The notes: generated by a model not told the origin, from the sequence alone. Shown: positions 8,997 through 19,111, counted from the first letter of the stretch. The stretch is 49,261 nt of DNA from Candidatus Micrarchaeota archaeon (GCA_037440825.1 JBBITJ010000005.1:1-49261); one strand, 5' to 3'. Numbers and translations are program-made.

Positions 8997-10553
8997 ATGA
9001 TGGCAGTAGTCATGATTCAGACGGACGAAATAACCAGGATGACCGGTCTCAGGAAGGAGCAGGTGCTGGAAAGCCTCAACAACATAGGGATGCCTGCCGA
9101 AGAGGCGGAAGGTGAGATTGTTGTGGAGATCACGCCGAACAGGCCCGACCTTTTCTCCATCGAGGGGCTTGCCAGAGCGCTGGATTCGTTCCACGGCAGG
9201 AAACCCAGGAATTATTCAGCGAAGAAATCCCAGTACGTTGCGAAAATAGACCCCTCGATCGGCAAGTCCAGACCATATTTCGTCTCAGCGGTGGTCAAGA
9301 ATGTGAGGATGGACGAAAGCGCGCTCAAATCGCTCATCCAACTCCAGGAGAAGCTCCATGAAACAGTCGGAAGGAAAAGGAAAAAAGTCGCCATCGGCGT
9401 GCACAACGCCGATGAGGTCGTTTTCCCGCTCGAGTACAGATTTGTGAAGAACGAAAGGTTCGTACCCCTGGACTTCGACCGCGAGATGGACATCCCGGAG
9501 CTGCTGGAAAGCCATCCCAAAGGCAGGGCGTACGCGCACCTCGTGAAGGACGGCTACCCGATGCTCTACGACAGAAAAGGTGTGATTTCATTCCCTCCAA
9601 TAATAAACAGCGAGCGCACCCGCGTGACTGAAAAGACAAGGAACTTGGTGATAGACATCACCGGCACTCATCTTGGAACCCTCAAAGGCGTGCTCAACAT
9701 ACTGGTCTGCGCGCTCGCCGACCGCGGAGGCGAGATTTATGAGGTCGCTGTCGGCAAAGCAACTTGCCCTGAGCTCGAGCCTGTGAAAATGGCTGTGCAG
9801 GCGGAGGAAATAAGCAAGCTCCTCGGCCAGAAGTTCAGCAAAAAACAAATATTCGAGAACCTCGCACGCCTCGGCTGGCCCAACGACGGGAAGAACGCGC
9901 TAGTGCCACCTTACAGGATGGACGTGTCGCATTACGCCGATATGGCTGAAGACGTCGCGATCGCGATAGGATACAACAATTTCGAACCCTCGCTGCCCAA
10001 TTTCTTCACCCCAGGCGCACTCGCGTACAACAACGACGATGTGAGGCAGGCGATGGTAGGCCTCGGGTTTGTGGAAGTGGTAAATTACGCGCTCACGAAC
10101 GAAAGAAAGCTCAAGCTCGTGCACAAGGACAGCAGGCCTGTGAAGGTGCTCAACCCCAAGACAGAGGAATTCACGCTGCTGCGCACCAATCTCGCAGTTT
10201 CGCTGCTTGACAACCTGGCGCTGAACAGGTCGCAGGAGCTTCCTATAAGGATTTTCGAGATAGGCAGAGCGTACGAAGGTAAGGAGAAAATCCACCTGGC
10301 CTTCGCGATGTCCGCAGAAGCGATTGATTTCAGCGCCATACGCGGCGTCTTGCAATCCGTTTCGTCCGTCATGGAGAAGGGATTCGAGCTCAAGCCGTCC
10401 AAAAGCAGGATGTTCATCACAGGTAGGGGGGCTGAAATATATTTGGATGGTAAAAAAGCCGGTGAAATAGGTGAAGTCTCACCTTATATACTGGAAGGTT
10501 TTGGTATAGAAAACCCAGTCTGCATTTGCGAAATAGAGATAATGGATGTGTAG
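8997..10553 (+). CDS. pheT: Phenylalanyl-tRNA synthetase beta subunit (archaeal type)
   Basis: EITPNRPDLFSIEGLARAL, QLQEKLH, SFPPIINS, VPPYRMDV...EDVAIAIGYNN. Confidence 0.97.
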   Translation: MMAVVMIQTDEITRMTGLRKEQVLESLNNIGMPAEEAEGEIVVEITPNRPDLFSIEGLARALDSFHGRKPRNYSAKKSQYVAKIDPSIGKSRPYFVSAVVKNVRMDESALKSLIQLQEKLHETVGRKRKKVAIGVHNADEVVFPLEYRFVKNERFVPLDFDREMDIPELLESHPKGRAYAHLVKDGYPMLYDRKGVISFPPIINSERTRVTEKTRNLVIDITGTHLGTLKGVLNILVCALADRGGEIYEVAVGKATCPELEPVKMAVQAEEISKLLGQKFSKKQIFENLARLGWPNDGKNALVPPYRMDVSHYADMAEDVAIAIGYNNFEPSLPNFFTPGALAYNNDDVRQAMVGLGFVEVVNYALTNERKLKLVHKDSRPVKVLNPKTEEFTLLRTNLAVSLLDNLALNRSQELPIRIFEIGRAYEGKEKIHLAFAMSAEAIDFSAIRGVLQSVSSVMEKGFELKPSKSRMFITGRGAEIYLDGKKAGEIGEVSPYILEGFGIENPVCICEIEIMDV

Positions 10554-10557
10554 AGGG

Positions 10558-10577
10558 ACCCCATAGTTCCACTATTA
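10558..10577 (-). promoter_or_regulatory. ORB-like element, left (TAATAGTGGAACTATGGGGT on minus strand)
   Basis: AGTGGAA core plus G-string as in archaeal origin recognition boxes; 13-bp perfect inverted repeat with 10903-10915. Confidence 0.45.
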
Positions 10578-10599
10578 TTCTAAGCAAGGTTTCCCAGTT

Positions 10600-10836
10600 T
10601 CAATAAAGCTGCTCCACATTCTCAGTTCGTATCTTATAAACCTCTATTTCCCCTTTGAAACCTCTGAAAAACGAATCCATCACTTTCTCGTACTTATCAG
10701 CAACTGCAAGCACCGATTTTGTCTTGAACGAAAAATCAGCAAGCCGAATCTTGTTGAAATGATAATAAAAACTGCGTTTCAGCCTTCTATAATCCCCTTT
10801 CTTCTTAGGTTTCAAGTCATAAAAATAAACCAACAT
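10600..10836 (-). CDS. Stand-alone Cas2/VapD-like small basic protein
   Basis: MLVYFYDL...YRRLKRSFYY...KTKSVL resembles the Cas2 YD motif and Q/xSV strand. SD-like GGTGA at 10841-10845; alternative TTG start at 10839. Confidence 0.6.
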   Translation of the reverse strand: MLVYFYDLKPKKKGDYRRLKRSFYYHFNKIRLADFSFKTKSVLAVADKYEKVMDSFFRGFKGEIEVYKIRTENVEQLY

Positions 10837-10858
10837 CAAATCACCAACCCCAATACAA

Positions 10859-10876
10859 ATGTAACTATAGTTACAT
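10859..10876. promoter_or_regulatory. Perfect 18-bp palindrome ATGTAACTATAGTTACAT in the cas2-like promoter
   Basis: Seen directly; lies between the AT-rich TATA region (10881-10900) and the start codon. Confidence 0.7.
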
Positions 10877-10902
10877 ACGTTTTTAATTTTTAATATTGTA
10901 TT

Positions 10903-10915
10903 TAATAGTGGAACT
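10903..10915 (+). promoter_or_regulatory. ORB-like element, right (TAATAGTGGAACT)
   Basis: Exact reverse complement of 10565-10577; adjoins the AT-rich tract 10880-10905. Confidence 0.45.
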
Positions 10916-11101
10916 GTACCCCCTACCCCACTACTTACTCTATTTTTTGTTGTTTGTTTCCGGCCTCCAGCTGTTGGCGTTTTGACGGCTATTTCATGAA
11001 AAGCTTCTACTTTTCCCGATCCAGTTCCCAGCTCCTGGCTTCTGTTTCCAACTTTCCAACTTCCAAATTGTTTTTATTCACCAAACCCCCAAAACAACAT
11101 C

Positions 11102-12619
11102 ATGAAGCTCGAACCGAGGGAATACCAGAAATCCATATTCAATTCCATAAAAGAGCAGGGCAACATGCTCGTGGTGCTTCCCACAGGGCTGGGCAAAACC
11201 CTGATCGGTTTCATGCTTATAGAAGAAAAAATAAAAAGTGGGAAATGTATGTTCCTCGCTCCGACCCGCCCGCTTGTGCACCAACACTACACCTCTTTCC
11301 TCCAGATTTCCGAAACCGATTCGGCATCGGTCGCGACAGTGACCGGCGAAATCCCGAAAAAGAAGCGCGCTTCACTATACGAAAAGAAAGTTATATTCTC
11401 CACCCCCCAGACGATAAAGAACGACCTCCTTTCCGGAACACTTGCAGACCCGTCCGCATTTTCCCTCTGCATATTCGACGAGGCGCACCGCGCGGTGGGC
11501 AACTATGCGTACACACTCGTTGCTGAAAAGATGAAGGAAAGCGCCCTCATAGTGGGGCTGACCGCCTCCCCGGGCGGAAACCGCGAGCGCATATCCAAGA
11601 TACTTTCCAACCTGTTCATAAAGAACGTCCAGCTCAGGACCAAGCACGACGCAGACGTGAAAGGGTATGTGAAGGAAATCAAAATCAAATGGCTTGAAAC
11701 TACACTCACCCCGGAATTGAAAGAGGTCAAATCCATCCTGGATTCCCTCATCTCGACCTATTCGCGCAACCTTGCGGCAATGGGCTTCCCACCTCAGATA
11801 AAATCCAAACGCCTCTTCCTCGCGCTCCGCCAGAAGATACTGAATATCCAGAGCAACGCCAAATACCCCATCCTCGTCACATACTCCATCCTGCTCAACC
11901 TGCTCCACATGCAGGAGCTCGTGGAAACCCAGGGCGCATCAGCGCTCAGGAGCTACCTGGAAAAGATGGCGGCTAAGGACACCAAGAGCGCATCAGCCCT
12001 GCTCAGGAAGCCTGAAATAGCGCGCATCAAGGCGATGCTCACATCAACTTCTGAGGAGCACCCCAAGCTCGCCATGCTCCTCAACCTCCTGAAGAAAATG
12101 GAAGGGAAGAAAGTGATAGTGTTCGCGCAATACCGGGACCAGGTGGCGCTCATAGAGAAAAAGCTGGTCGAAGCGGGAATCCCCGCGCGCATGTTCCTCG
12201 GCAAGAAAGGCGACTACACGAAAAAGCAGCAGGAGGAAACCCTTGACCAGTTCCGCTCCGATGCGTTCCGCGTCCTAGTCGCCAGTTCGATAGGCGAGGA
12301 AGGGCTCGACATCCCGGCAGTGGACGCAGTGATATTCTACGAACCGACGCCGAGCGAGATACGGAGTATCCAGCGCCGCGGCCGAGCAGGCAGGTTCAAG
12401 GAAGGTGAGGTCTACATCCTCATAACCAAAGGCACCCGTGACGAGTTTTTCCACTGGGCAGCGATAAACCGCGAAAAGAGGATGAAGCGCATAATCTCAG
12501 GCATGCAGAAAAGCTCCAGCAGCCTTCTGGCCACAGACCAACAACCAGAAAAAACCCATTCAGATGCAAAACCCGAAACCCACGCATCAGGACAATCGCG
12601 GCTAGACCGCTTTTTCTAG
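11102..12619 (+). CDS. Hef/FANCM/Mph1-like SF2 helicase without ERCC4 nuclease domain; C-terminal PIP box
   Basis: EPREYQ, LPTGLGKT, DEAHRAVGNYAY, TASPG, GEEGLDIP, IQRRGRAGR; ends QSRLDRFF. Confidence 0.92.
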   Translation: MKLEPREYQKSIFNSIKEQGNMLVVLPTGLGKTLIGFMLIEEKIKSGKCMFLAPTRPLVHQHYTSFLQISETDSASVATVTGEIPKKKRASLYEKKVIFSTPQTIKNDLLSGTLADPSAFSLCIFDEAHRAVGNYAYTLVAEKMKESALIVGLTASPGGNRERISKILSNLFIKNVQLRTKHDADVKGYVKEIKIKWLETTLTPELKEVKSILDSLISTYSRNLAAMGFPPQIKSKRLFLALRQKILNIQSNAKYPILVTYSILLNLLHMQELVETQGASALRSYLEKMAAKDTKSASALLRKPEIARIKAMLTSTSEEHPKLAMLLNLLKKMEGKKVIVFAQYRDQVALIEKKLVEAGIPARMFLGKKGDYTKKQQEETLDQFRSDAFRVLVASSIGEEGLDIPAVDAVIFYEPTPSEIRSIQRRGRAGRFKEGEVYILITKGTRDEFFHWAAINREKRMKRIISGMQKSSSSLLATDQQPEKTHSDAKPETHASGQSRLDRFF

Positions 12620-15600
12620 CGGTCTGAACTTCCTTTTTTCCCCATACCCGCCTTTTCCGAACCGCTCCTTGAAATAGTAAATCGCAGCCGCAGCAGCCAC
12701 GAAAACTGCGCTCGCGAGAAGCACTCCGCTGTAATCCTGCCTGTCCTCTGCAGCGGAAAGCACCTTGATTATTTCATCACTGGCTTCGAGCGCCTTCACA
12801 TATTCCCCCGCTTCCAGATAGCTGTCGAGTTCCGCAGCCAGCGCAGCAGCCTTCTTCCTTTCCTTTTCCTGAATCTTCTGCCCGTACGCCTCGTACGCCG
12901 CCATCGCTTCCTGCGCGTTGCGCCCTGCTGCTCCTTCCAAATAATCCAGCGTGGATTCCATCCCTCCTATATAATCAGAAATCGAGGCGTACTGCCTCCC
13001 AATCTCATCCATATCCTCTTTTCCTATCGCTTTCTTCATGCTGGAAACCGCAGCCTTCACATCCGCACTGTCCACCTTGAAAACGCTTTCGAACCTGCTT
13101 CCTTTAGCATCCGAGGCTGCTTTTGAATAATCGTCCAGAACCGCTTCCGCTTCCTCTACGAGTGCCTGCGCCCCTTCCGCAATCTCAGCCCTTTTCGCCG
13201 CGCTCGCGTTCTCCAACACCTCTACATTCGCCTCCAGCCCGTCCAGCGCTGCATCCAATCCGAATGCATCAACAAGCTCCCCGCTCGCCTCGAATTTGTC
13301 ATACTCCGCCCTGGCCTTGCCGAACATCACCGAGACCTGCGCATCCGCTTCCCCATTGTCCAGATACCTCGCATACAGCCGGTTGAGCTTGCCGGAAGCG
13401 TTTTTCCTGTACTCCTTCATCTGGTCCGCGAGCCACCCATTGTCATATCCACTGAGCGCAGAGACCTGCGCGCTCGCATTCATCCCCTCCAAGGAGGAAA
13501 TCAGCCTCTCGAGGTAATCCTTTCTTGCTGAAACCTTATCGTACAATCCACTTCTCACAACAGCCTCGCCGAGCGCAGCGCCTATCTTGTTGATTTCAGC
13601 CGCCACTTCAGAACGCAGCCTGTCGCGCTTCGCTTCGAGCTTCTCCAGCTCCACCTCATCCTTCCTGATCTGTTCGTATGCCTGCTGGAGCTTTTCCACT
13701 GCCCTTACCTCATCCATAGCAGCAAGCGCATCGCTCGCTTCGTCCACCAACGCCCTCGCACTAGCGCTGATGTTGGAGGCGTTGAGCTCTTTTATGGTCG
13801 CGTTGACGTATGCAGAGGTGTTGTCCACGTAATAACTCACCTCGAACCTCGCGGCCTTGCCCTTCTTCAGTCCGTACACNNNNNNNNNNNNNNNNNNNNN
13901 NNNNNNNNNNNNNNNNNNNNNNNNNNNNNNNNNNNNNNNNNNNNNNNNNNNNNNNNNNNNNNNNNNNNNNNNNNNNNNNCCACGTAATAACTCACCTCGA
14001 ACCTCGCGGCCTTGCCCTTCTTCAGTCCGTACACACGCACCACATATCCGTCTGCGGTTTCCATAGCCTCGACTTTTTCCCCAGTTACTGTTATCACTTG
14101 CTTTTCCCGCACCTCGTCCTGTGGCGGCACTTCCGCGAAAGTTTCAAGATATACCATATCCACATTTGGAACCAGCTCGATCTGGTACCTCTGGTACGTT
14201 CGTTCCCCTATCTTGGTACTCAGGTTCTTGGCGAACTTCCTTTCATACGCGTCTTGCATGGTGTATTGCGCTTCGAACGTGTGCAGCCCCTCCTCAAGTT
14301 TCCTTGAAACCATTCCCCCTTCCCCAATCGCGGCAGGCACTCCATCTATGTAAAGCCCGTCCCACGTTTCCGCCACAGCGAAGCGCCAGACATCCCCTAT
14401 CGTGCGCACATCTCTTGACTCGGTGATCATTGCCGAATAATTCTGGAACCCGATCGCGTCCACACTAACCTTCTCCGTTTTCATCACTACTTCCCGCTTT
14501 TCAAACAAATACCTCTGCCTTTCGTAGCCGCCTATCGCCTTCAGATAGAGCCTGATTTTCCCGTCATAGTAAGCCACGCCCCGCAGCAAGTCTGCGCCTA
14601 TCACGACGTCATCCTGGCTGAATTCCACTTTCGAGCCCGCTTCCACCACCAGATTCTTGCCTGCGTAAGGTGCCGCATTGACCACTATGATCTCGAGGCT
14701 GGATTCAGATTCGCCGTCCAGCACCGCATCCTCGGAATAGAGCGAAGCGCTGGCCAGCAGCCTGCCTGCACCCAGATTCACCATGCTTTCGTGCGCATCC
14801 TTCAAAATCTCCCCATACTTTTTCCGTAGTTCAGCGAGCGAGCCGACCGCTTCAGGGTACGAAATCGTCCCGGCAGACACAAGCCCTGCTTCGGCTTGTT
14901 CAACCATGAGTGCGAGGTCCGTGCAACCCTCCCCGCATTCTTCTATCGCAGCAATCACCTCCCCTCTCAACCTGGGAAGGTCCGAATACCGTTCCATCGC
15001 GCTTTCACCCACGCTGGCGATTATCGCCGAACACCCTGCCAGCAGCGCGGAAGCGTTGTCCCCATTTTCCAGCACCGAAAGGTACGCTCTCTCGAATTCC
15101 ACCTGGATGCCGTCAGTTTCCGCCCGTGCGAGCAGCGCCTCCGCTTCCGCGCACGTTCCAATCGCGCTCCAGTTCGTATCAGCTTCAGCCTCGCTCGAGA
15201 CCGCGAGCGCAGCCTCGGCATCAGCGATCGCCCTCGCATAATACTCTAGCCTCCTTCCCTGAATTTCCTCATCCAGCCCTGCCTGGAATTCAGCTTCTGC
15301 ATCATCGTAAAGCGCCTTTGCCCTGGAAGGCCAGGCAGAGCTCGCGAATTTCCTCTCCACGTCAGAAATCCTCACCCTGGCTTCGCCTTCATACTCCTGC
15401 ACGACCGTTTCAACCACGTCCAGCGCAGCCGAGAACTCGTCTTCCGCCTGCTTCGCAAGCTCCCTTGCCGCAGTCGCGTTTGCGAGCGCATTCTTCAGAT
15501 AGCCGCTTCCGCGGTGGGCTGCAGCTGTCTCGGCATATTCCAGCCTTCTTTTCGCCTCCGCGACGTGCCTCTTACCGCTTTCAGCCAATTCGTCCACTGC

Positions 15601-16593
15601 AGCGAGTCCGTCCCCTATGTTTTCCCCGAATACCGCGCTTCCCCCTACCCTCCACAATTCGGCATCGTCCGCTGCCTGCTCCATCAGCTCCGCAGCGGCA
15701 ATCTCCGCAACAGCTTCCGCGCGCACGCTTTCGTAATTTGCCGCGCTTCCGCTTACCTGTGCATCCACCTGCGCTGCAGCCGCATTTACCTTATTCACAG
15801 CGCCGAAGTAATCGTCGCCTATGATATTCATGGGCCAGCCGAACTCTATCAGGGGCACGTCGTCATAAACCCGCAGGGTGTTGTTCTCCAGCATGCTCCT
15901 CACCAGCGCGAAATCCCCGCTTCCACCTTTTCCAGCAGCAGCGAGCAACGCCTCCGCTTCCGCGCACGCTTCGTGCCCTGCGACGTCCTGTCCGCAAACC
16001 CCTGCGTATTCAGCTTCAATCAGCGCAGCCTCCAATCCAACAAGCGCTCCATTCAGCCTCTTGACCCGCGCTTCGAGCGCATCTAGGGCATTGTTCATCG
16101 TCCCTCTCCATGCCTTCGCGTAATCTTCCGAGAACCACCTCTTCGCGATGAAATACCTGAAATCCCGGCCGAAGTTGAGATTGCAATTAATCGCCCTGTC
16201 CACAACGAAGCACGCGCAGTTCGCGTCTCCGGAAGCGGCGCATATGTCCTTCACGTTATATATGTAAGGCAATATCCAGTAATTGGTGAAGTCGTCGACC
16301 TGCGTCCAGATGTTTCTCGCCAGCGAATAGTTCCCTTGTGCCTCGCGCACAGTGGGTGCGTCCCTATACTCCCCTTCCACGGAATTCACCGCGAGCCGGT
16401 CCAGGCTCGCCTGCGTTTGGTATATATCCCACTCCGGCGAGAGCGGCGGCACGAGGGTGTAATCCACTACATCAGAATTCCCTGGCCACTGGACCTCATA
16501 ATTCCACGGCCTCGCGAACGTCTGTGGAAAAGGGTCTATCGCAAACGAAACTAGAACTAGCGCAAGGAGCCCAAAACCTTCCTTTTTGAGCAT
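12602..16593 (-). CDS. Giant membrane-anchored surface protein (~1278 aa after closing the artefactual gap)
   Basis: N-terminal signal peptide, Ala/Glu-rich helical regions, central beta-rich segment, C-terminal TM and basic tail. 55 bp is duplicated on both sides of gap 13880-13979; collapsing it gives an in-frame 3837-nt ORF. Confidence 0.8.
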
Positions 16594-16690
16594 GTTTTTC
16601 TATTACAAGCAACATATATAAACTAAAAGGGTATATAAGCAGCGAAAGTTTCTTGCCCCTTTTGGACCCCTTTGTTCTATTCACCCAAAC

Positions 16691-16727
16691 TGCGTATGCG
16701 TGCACGCTTTAGCGTCACGCATATGCA
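16691..16727. terminator. Long inverted repeat downstream of purN (possible terminator)
   Basis: TGCGTATGCGTG-C-ACGCT-TT-AGCGT-CACGCATATGCA. Confidence 0.4.
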
Positions 16728-16736
16728 TCAAATCCA

Positions 16737-17372
16737 CTATTTGCTCATTTTACCAAATTCAATATAAGACGTTCTCTTTCCTTCCACAACAAATTTCCCG
16801 ACAGAAAGCATGCGTGCGACTTCTTTGACGCACTCGTGCTCCAGCGGCCTCATTAACTCATACACCTCTTCCTTGCTCCTGCAATTCGAGATGTCTGCAC
16901 ACTTCTGATACAATATCGGTCCGGCATCCAACTCAGGCGTCACAAAATGAATGGTGACTCCGCTCACTTTGCACCCGTGATTGTAAGCCTGCCCCTGCGC
17001 GTCTAATCCAGGAAACGAGGGAAGGAGCGCAGGATGGAGGTTGATTATTTTGTTCTCGTATCTTTTGAAGAATTCCGGCGCCTTCAGGAGCAGCATGTAT
17101 CCCAGCAGATAGACGTAATCCACCTTGTAGCTTTCCAATATCCTCAAAATCTCGCGGTCCATGTCCTCCCTTGTCTTGAATTTCTCCCTCAAGACGACCT
17201 GCACAGGAATCCCGGCCTTCTTCGCCCTCTCTATCGCCCCGGCTTCAGCGCGATTCGTTATCAGCACCTTTATCTCCGCGCCCTTTATTTCGCCTGATTT
17301 AATTCCGTCTATGAGCGCCTGGAAGTTCGTCCCGTTTCCGCTTGCAAGAACTCCGAAAGAAACCATATTCAT
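16737..17372 (-). CDS. purN: Phosphoribosylglycinamide formyltransferase
   Basis: GVLASGNGTNFQAL, INLHPALLPSFPG, GVTIHFVTPELDAGPI. Confidence 0.97.
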   Translation of the reverse strand: MNMVSFGVLASGNGTNFQALIDGIKSGEIKGAEIKVLITNRAEAGAIERAKKAGIPVQVVLREKFKTREDMDREILRILESYKVDYVYLLGYMLLLKAPEFFKRYENKIINLHPALLPSFPGLDAQGQAYNHGCKVSGVTIHFVTPELDAGPILYQKCADISNCRSKEEVYELMRPLEHECVKEVARMLSVGKFVVEGKRTSYIEFGKMSK

Positions 17373-17911
17373 CCCTCCAGTACCCAATCCTCGGCAATTA
17401 TTTTATCCATTCGCATGTCGTGCTTCTCGCGCGGCAGCTTCGGGACGACCTGCCACTCGTAACATACCCCTATCGAATAAACGTCATGCTTGGCCAGGTA
17501 CTTGTCGTAATACCCTTTTCCGAATCCAAGCCTGTACATCTCCAGATCAAAAGCGAGTCCAGGCACCACGAGCAGCTCAGGAACCTCTTCGGTTTCGCCG
17601 AGCGGCTCCATTATGCCCAGCTGGCCAGCAGCAAGGCTCTCAAAACCTTCGAATTCGCAGAATGCGATCTCGCCCGTCCTGATCCTAGGCAGATATATTG
17701 TCTTCCCGAATTTCAGAGTTCGCTCTATCATCTCCTTCGTGCTTATCTCGCCCTTCATGGAATAGTAGAAACCGACGCTCTCGACTTTCAGGAATTCCTC
17801 GTCTGAGAAAAGGTTCCTCATAACCTTCGCGCCCGCTTCGGAAACATCATCGTCGCTGAGTGAAGCCCTCCTCAGGGTCATCTCCTCCCTTATCTGCTGC
17901 TTACTGTTCAT
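17369..17911 (-). CDS. 5-formyltetrahydrofolate cyclo-ligase
   Basis: KQQIRE, GIMEP, VPGLAFD...RLGFGKGYYDKYL, HD. Confidence 0.95.
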   Translation of the reverse strand: MNSKQQIREEMTLRRASLSDDDVSEAGAKVMRNLFSDEEFLKVESVGFYYSMKGEISTKEMIERTLKFGKTIYLPRIRTGEIAFCEFEGFESLAAGQLGIMEPLGETEEVPELLVVPGLAFDLEMYRLGFGKGYYDKYLAKHDVYSIGVCYEWQVVPKLPREKHDMRMDKIIAEDWVLEG

Positions 17912-18932
17912 CGATCCTGAACCTCAAAAGCGCGGCAATGCCGCCCAATCCCTTCAATTCCTGTCCAGGTTCGGCCTCGGAAGAAAAAACCACGACGACC
18001 GCGCTTTTCTCAGCCTCCTCGGCGAGCTTCTCCGCGCGCTTGTCCGCCCTCAGCAATTCGTCAAGCACCAGCACGGTCTCCGCAGCCCCCAGTCCAAGCG
18101 CTTTCTCCACTTCCGCAGCCCCGTATGTGGAAAGCCCGTCCTCCTTGTTTATATGCATCATCACTTTCCCCATGAGCTCGGCTTCCTTCTCTATCCTCGC
18201 TTCTCCTATGAGCTTGCCCACTATCCCGCGCTTGAGCAATTCGCTCACTCCATTCCGCTCCGCATAGCTCACATTCTCGAAGCTTGAGCGTTTAAGCAGC
18301 GCCGCGTTCTTCTTCTCCAGATATTTCCTGAAATTGTCCTTCTCGAACCCGGGCCCAGCTATTATGTAGCGTTCTTCGTGCATCTCCATTTCCCGGGCGA
18401 TCTCAGCGTAGTATGCGGTTTTCTTCTCCTCGAACTTCTCATCTCTCTTTCTCGCCTCGCTGTAAATCTCGGGTCCGAACTCCACTCCGTAGCCCATCAC
18501 GAGCGCAGTGAGCGCCTTCTCGTCATCCATCACTATTATGCGCACCTTCGGCCTCTTCGCCTCCTTCTCCGCCTCCTTCAACCTCTTTATATGGTGCGCC
18601 TTCCACTCCTTTATGATAGTTATTTTCTCACCCTTCTCCGCGTCTATCGTATGGTACTTCCCCCGCTGCACGAACTCCTCGGGAGTTCCCTGAACGATCT
18701 TCCCGCTCAGCCGGAGTTTGTTCGCGTATTTCGCGAACTCCACCTTCTCGATCTCGATTCGCACGAAAACCGGCTTCTTCACTTCCTCGCTTCCCAGCTT
18801 CACGCTCCTGAAAGTCCTGGCTTCCGCGAAATCCCCTGGTTCCACTATCCTCTCCAGATGCCAGAGGTCGTCAAGCGTTTCCGGAACGAGCTTCGCCTCG
18901 CCGGTTTTCTTGTCTATCCCAAGGATTCGCAT
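17901..18932 (-). CDS. pelA: Pelota mRNA surveillance / ribosome rescue protein
   Basis: PETLDDLWHL, GKYHTI, IAGPGF, GLGGIAALLRF. Confidence 0.96.
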   Translation of the reverse strand: MRILGIDKKTGEAKLVPETLDDLWHLERIVEPGDFAEARTFRSVKLGSEEVKKPVFVRIEIEKVEFAKYANKLRLSGKIVQGTPEEFVQRGKYHTIDAEKGEKITIIKEWKAHHIKRLKEAEKEAKRPKVRIIVMDDEKALTALVMGYGVEFGPEIYSEARKRDEKFEEKKTAYYAEIAREMEMHEERYIIAGPGFEKDNFRKYLEKKNAALLKRSSFENVSYAERNGVSELLKRGIVGKLIGEARIEKEAELMGKVMMHINKEDGLSTYGAAEVEKALGLGAAETVLVLDELLRADKRAEKLAEEAEKSAVVVVFSSEAEPGQELKGLGGIAALLRFRIDEQ

Positions 18933-19111
18933 GCAGAAATTATGGGGGCTTTTTTTATAAACAGAGCTATCTGCCTTCCTTATTTTTCCCGCAGCCAGTG
19001 CTTTCTTCTGGGCGAATTCCTGCCTGGAAATGCCCGGACGTGCCGATCATGATCTGCGCCATGCGCATATGTGCCCGCCAACATTAAAATCATTCTCCAT
19101 GAAATAGGCGC

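Noticed and set aside
10600..10920. CRISPR-Cas locus suggested by the Cas2-like gene
   Set aside because: No repeat-spacer array, cas1 or other cas gene is visible in the window; the palindromes are kilobases apart.
13825..14034. 55-bp direct repeat flanking an N gap
   Set aside because: Typical scaffolding k-mer overlap; collapsing it restores a continuous ORF.
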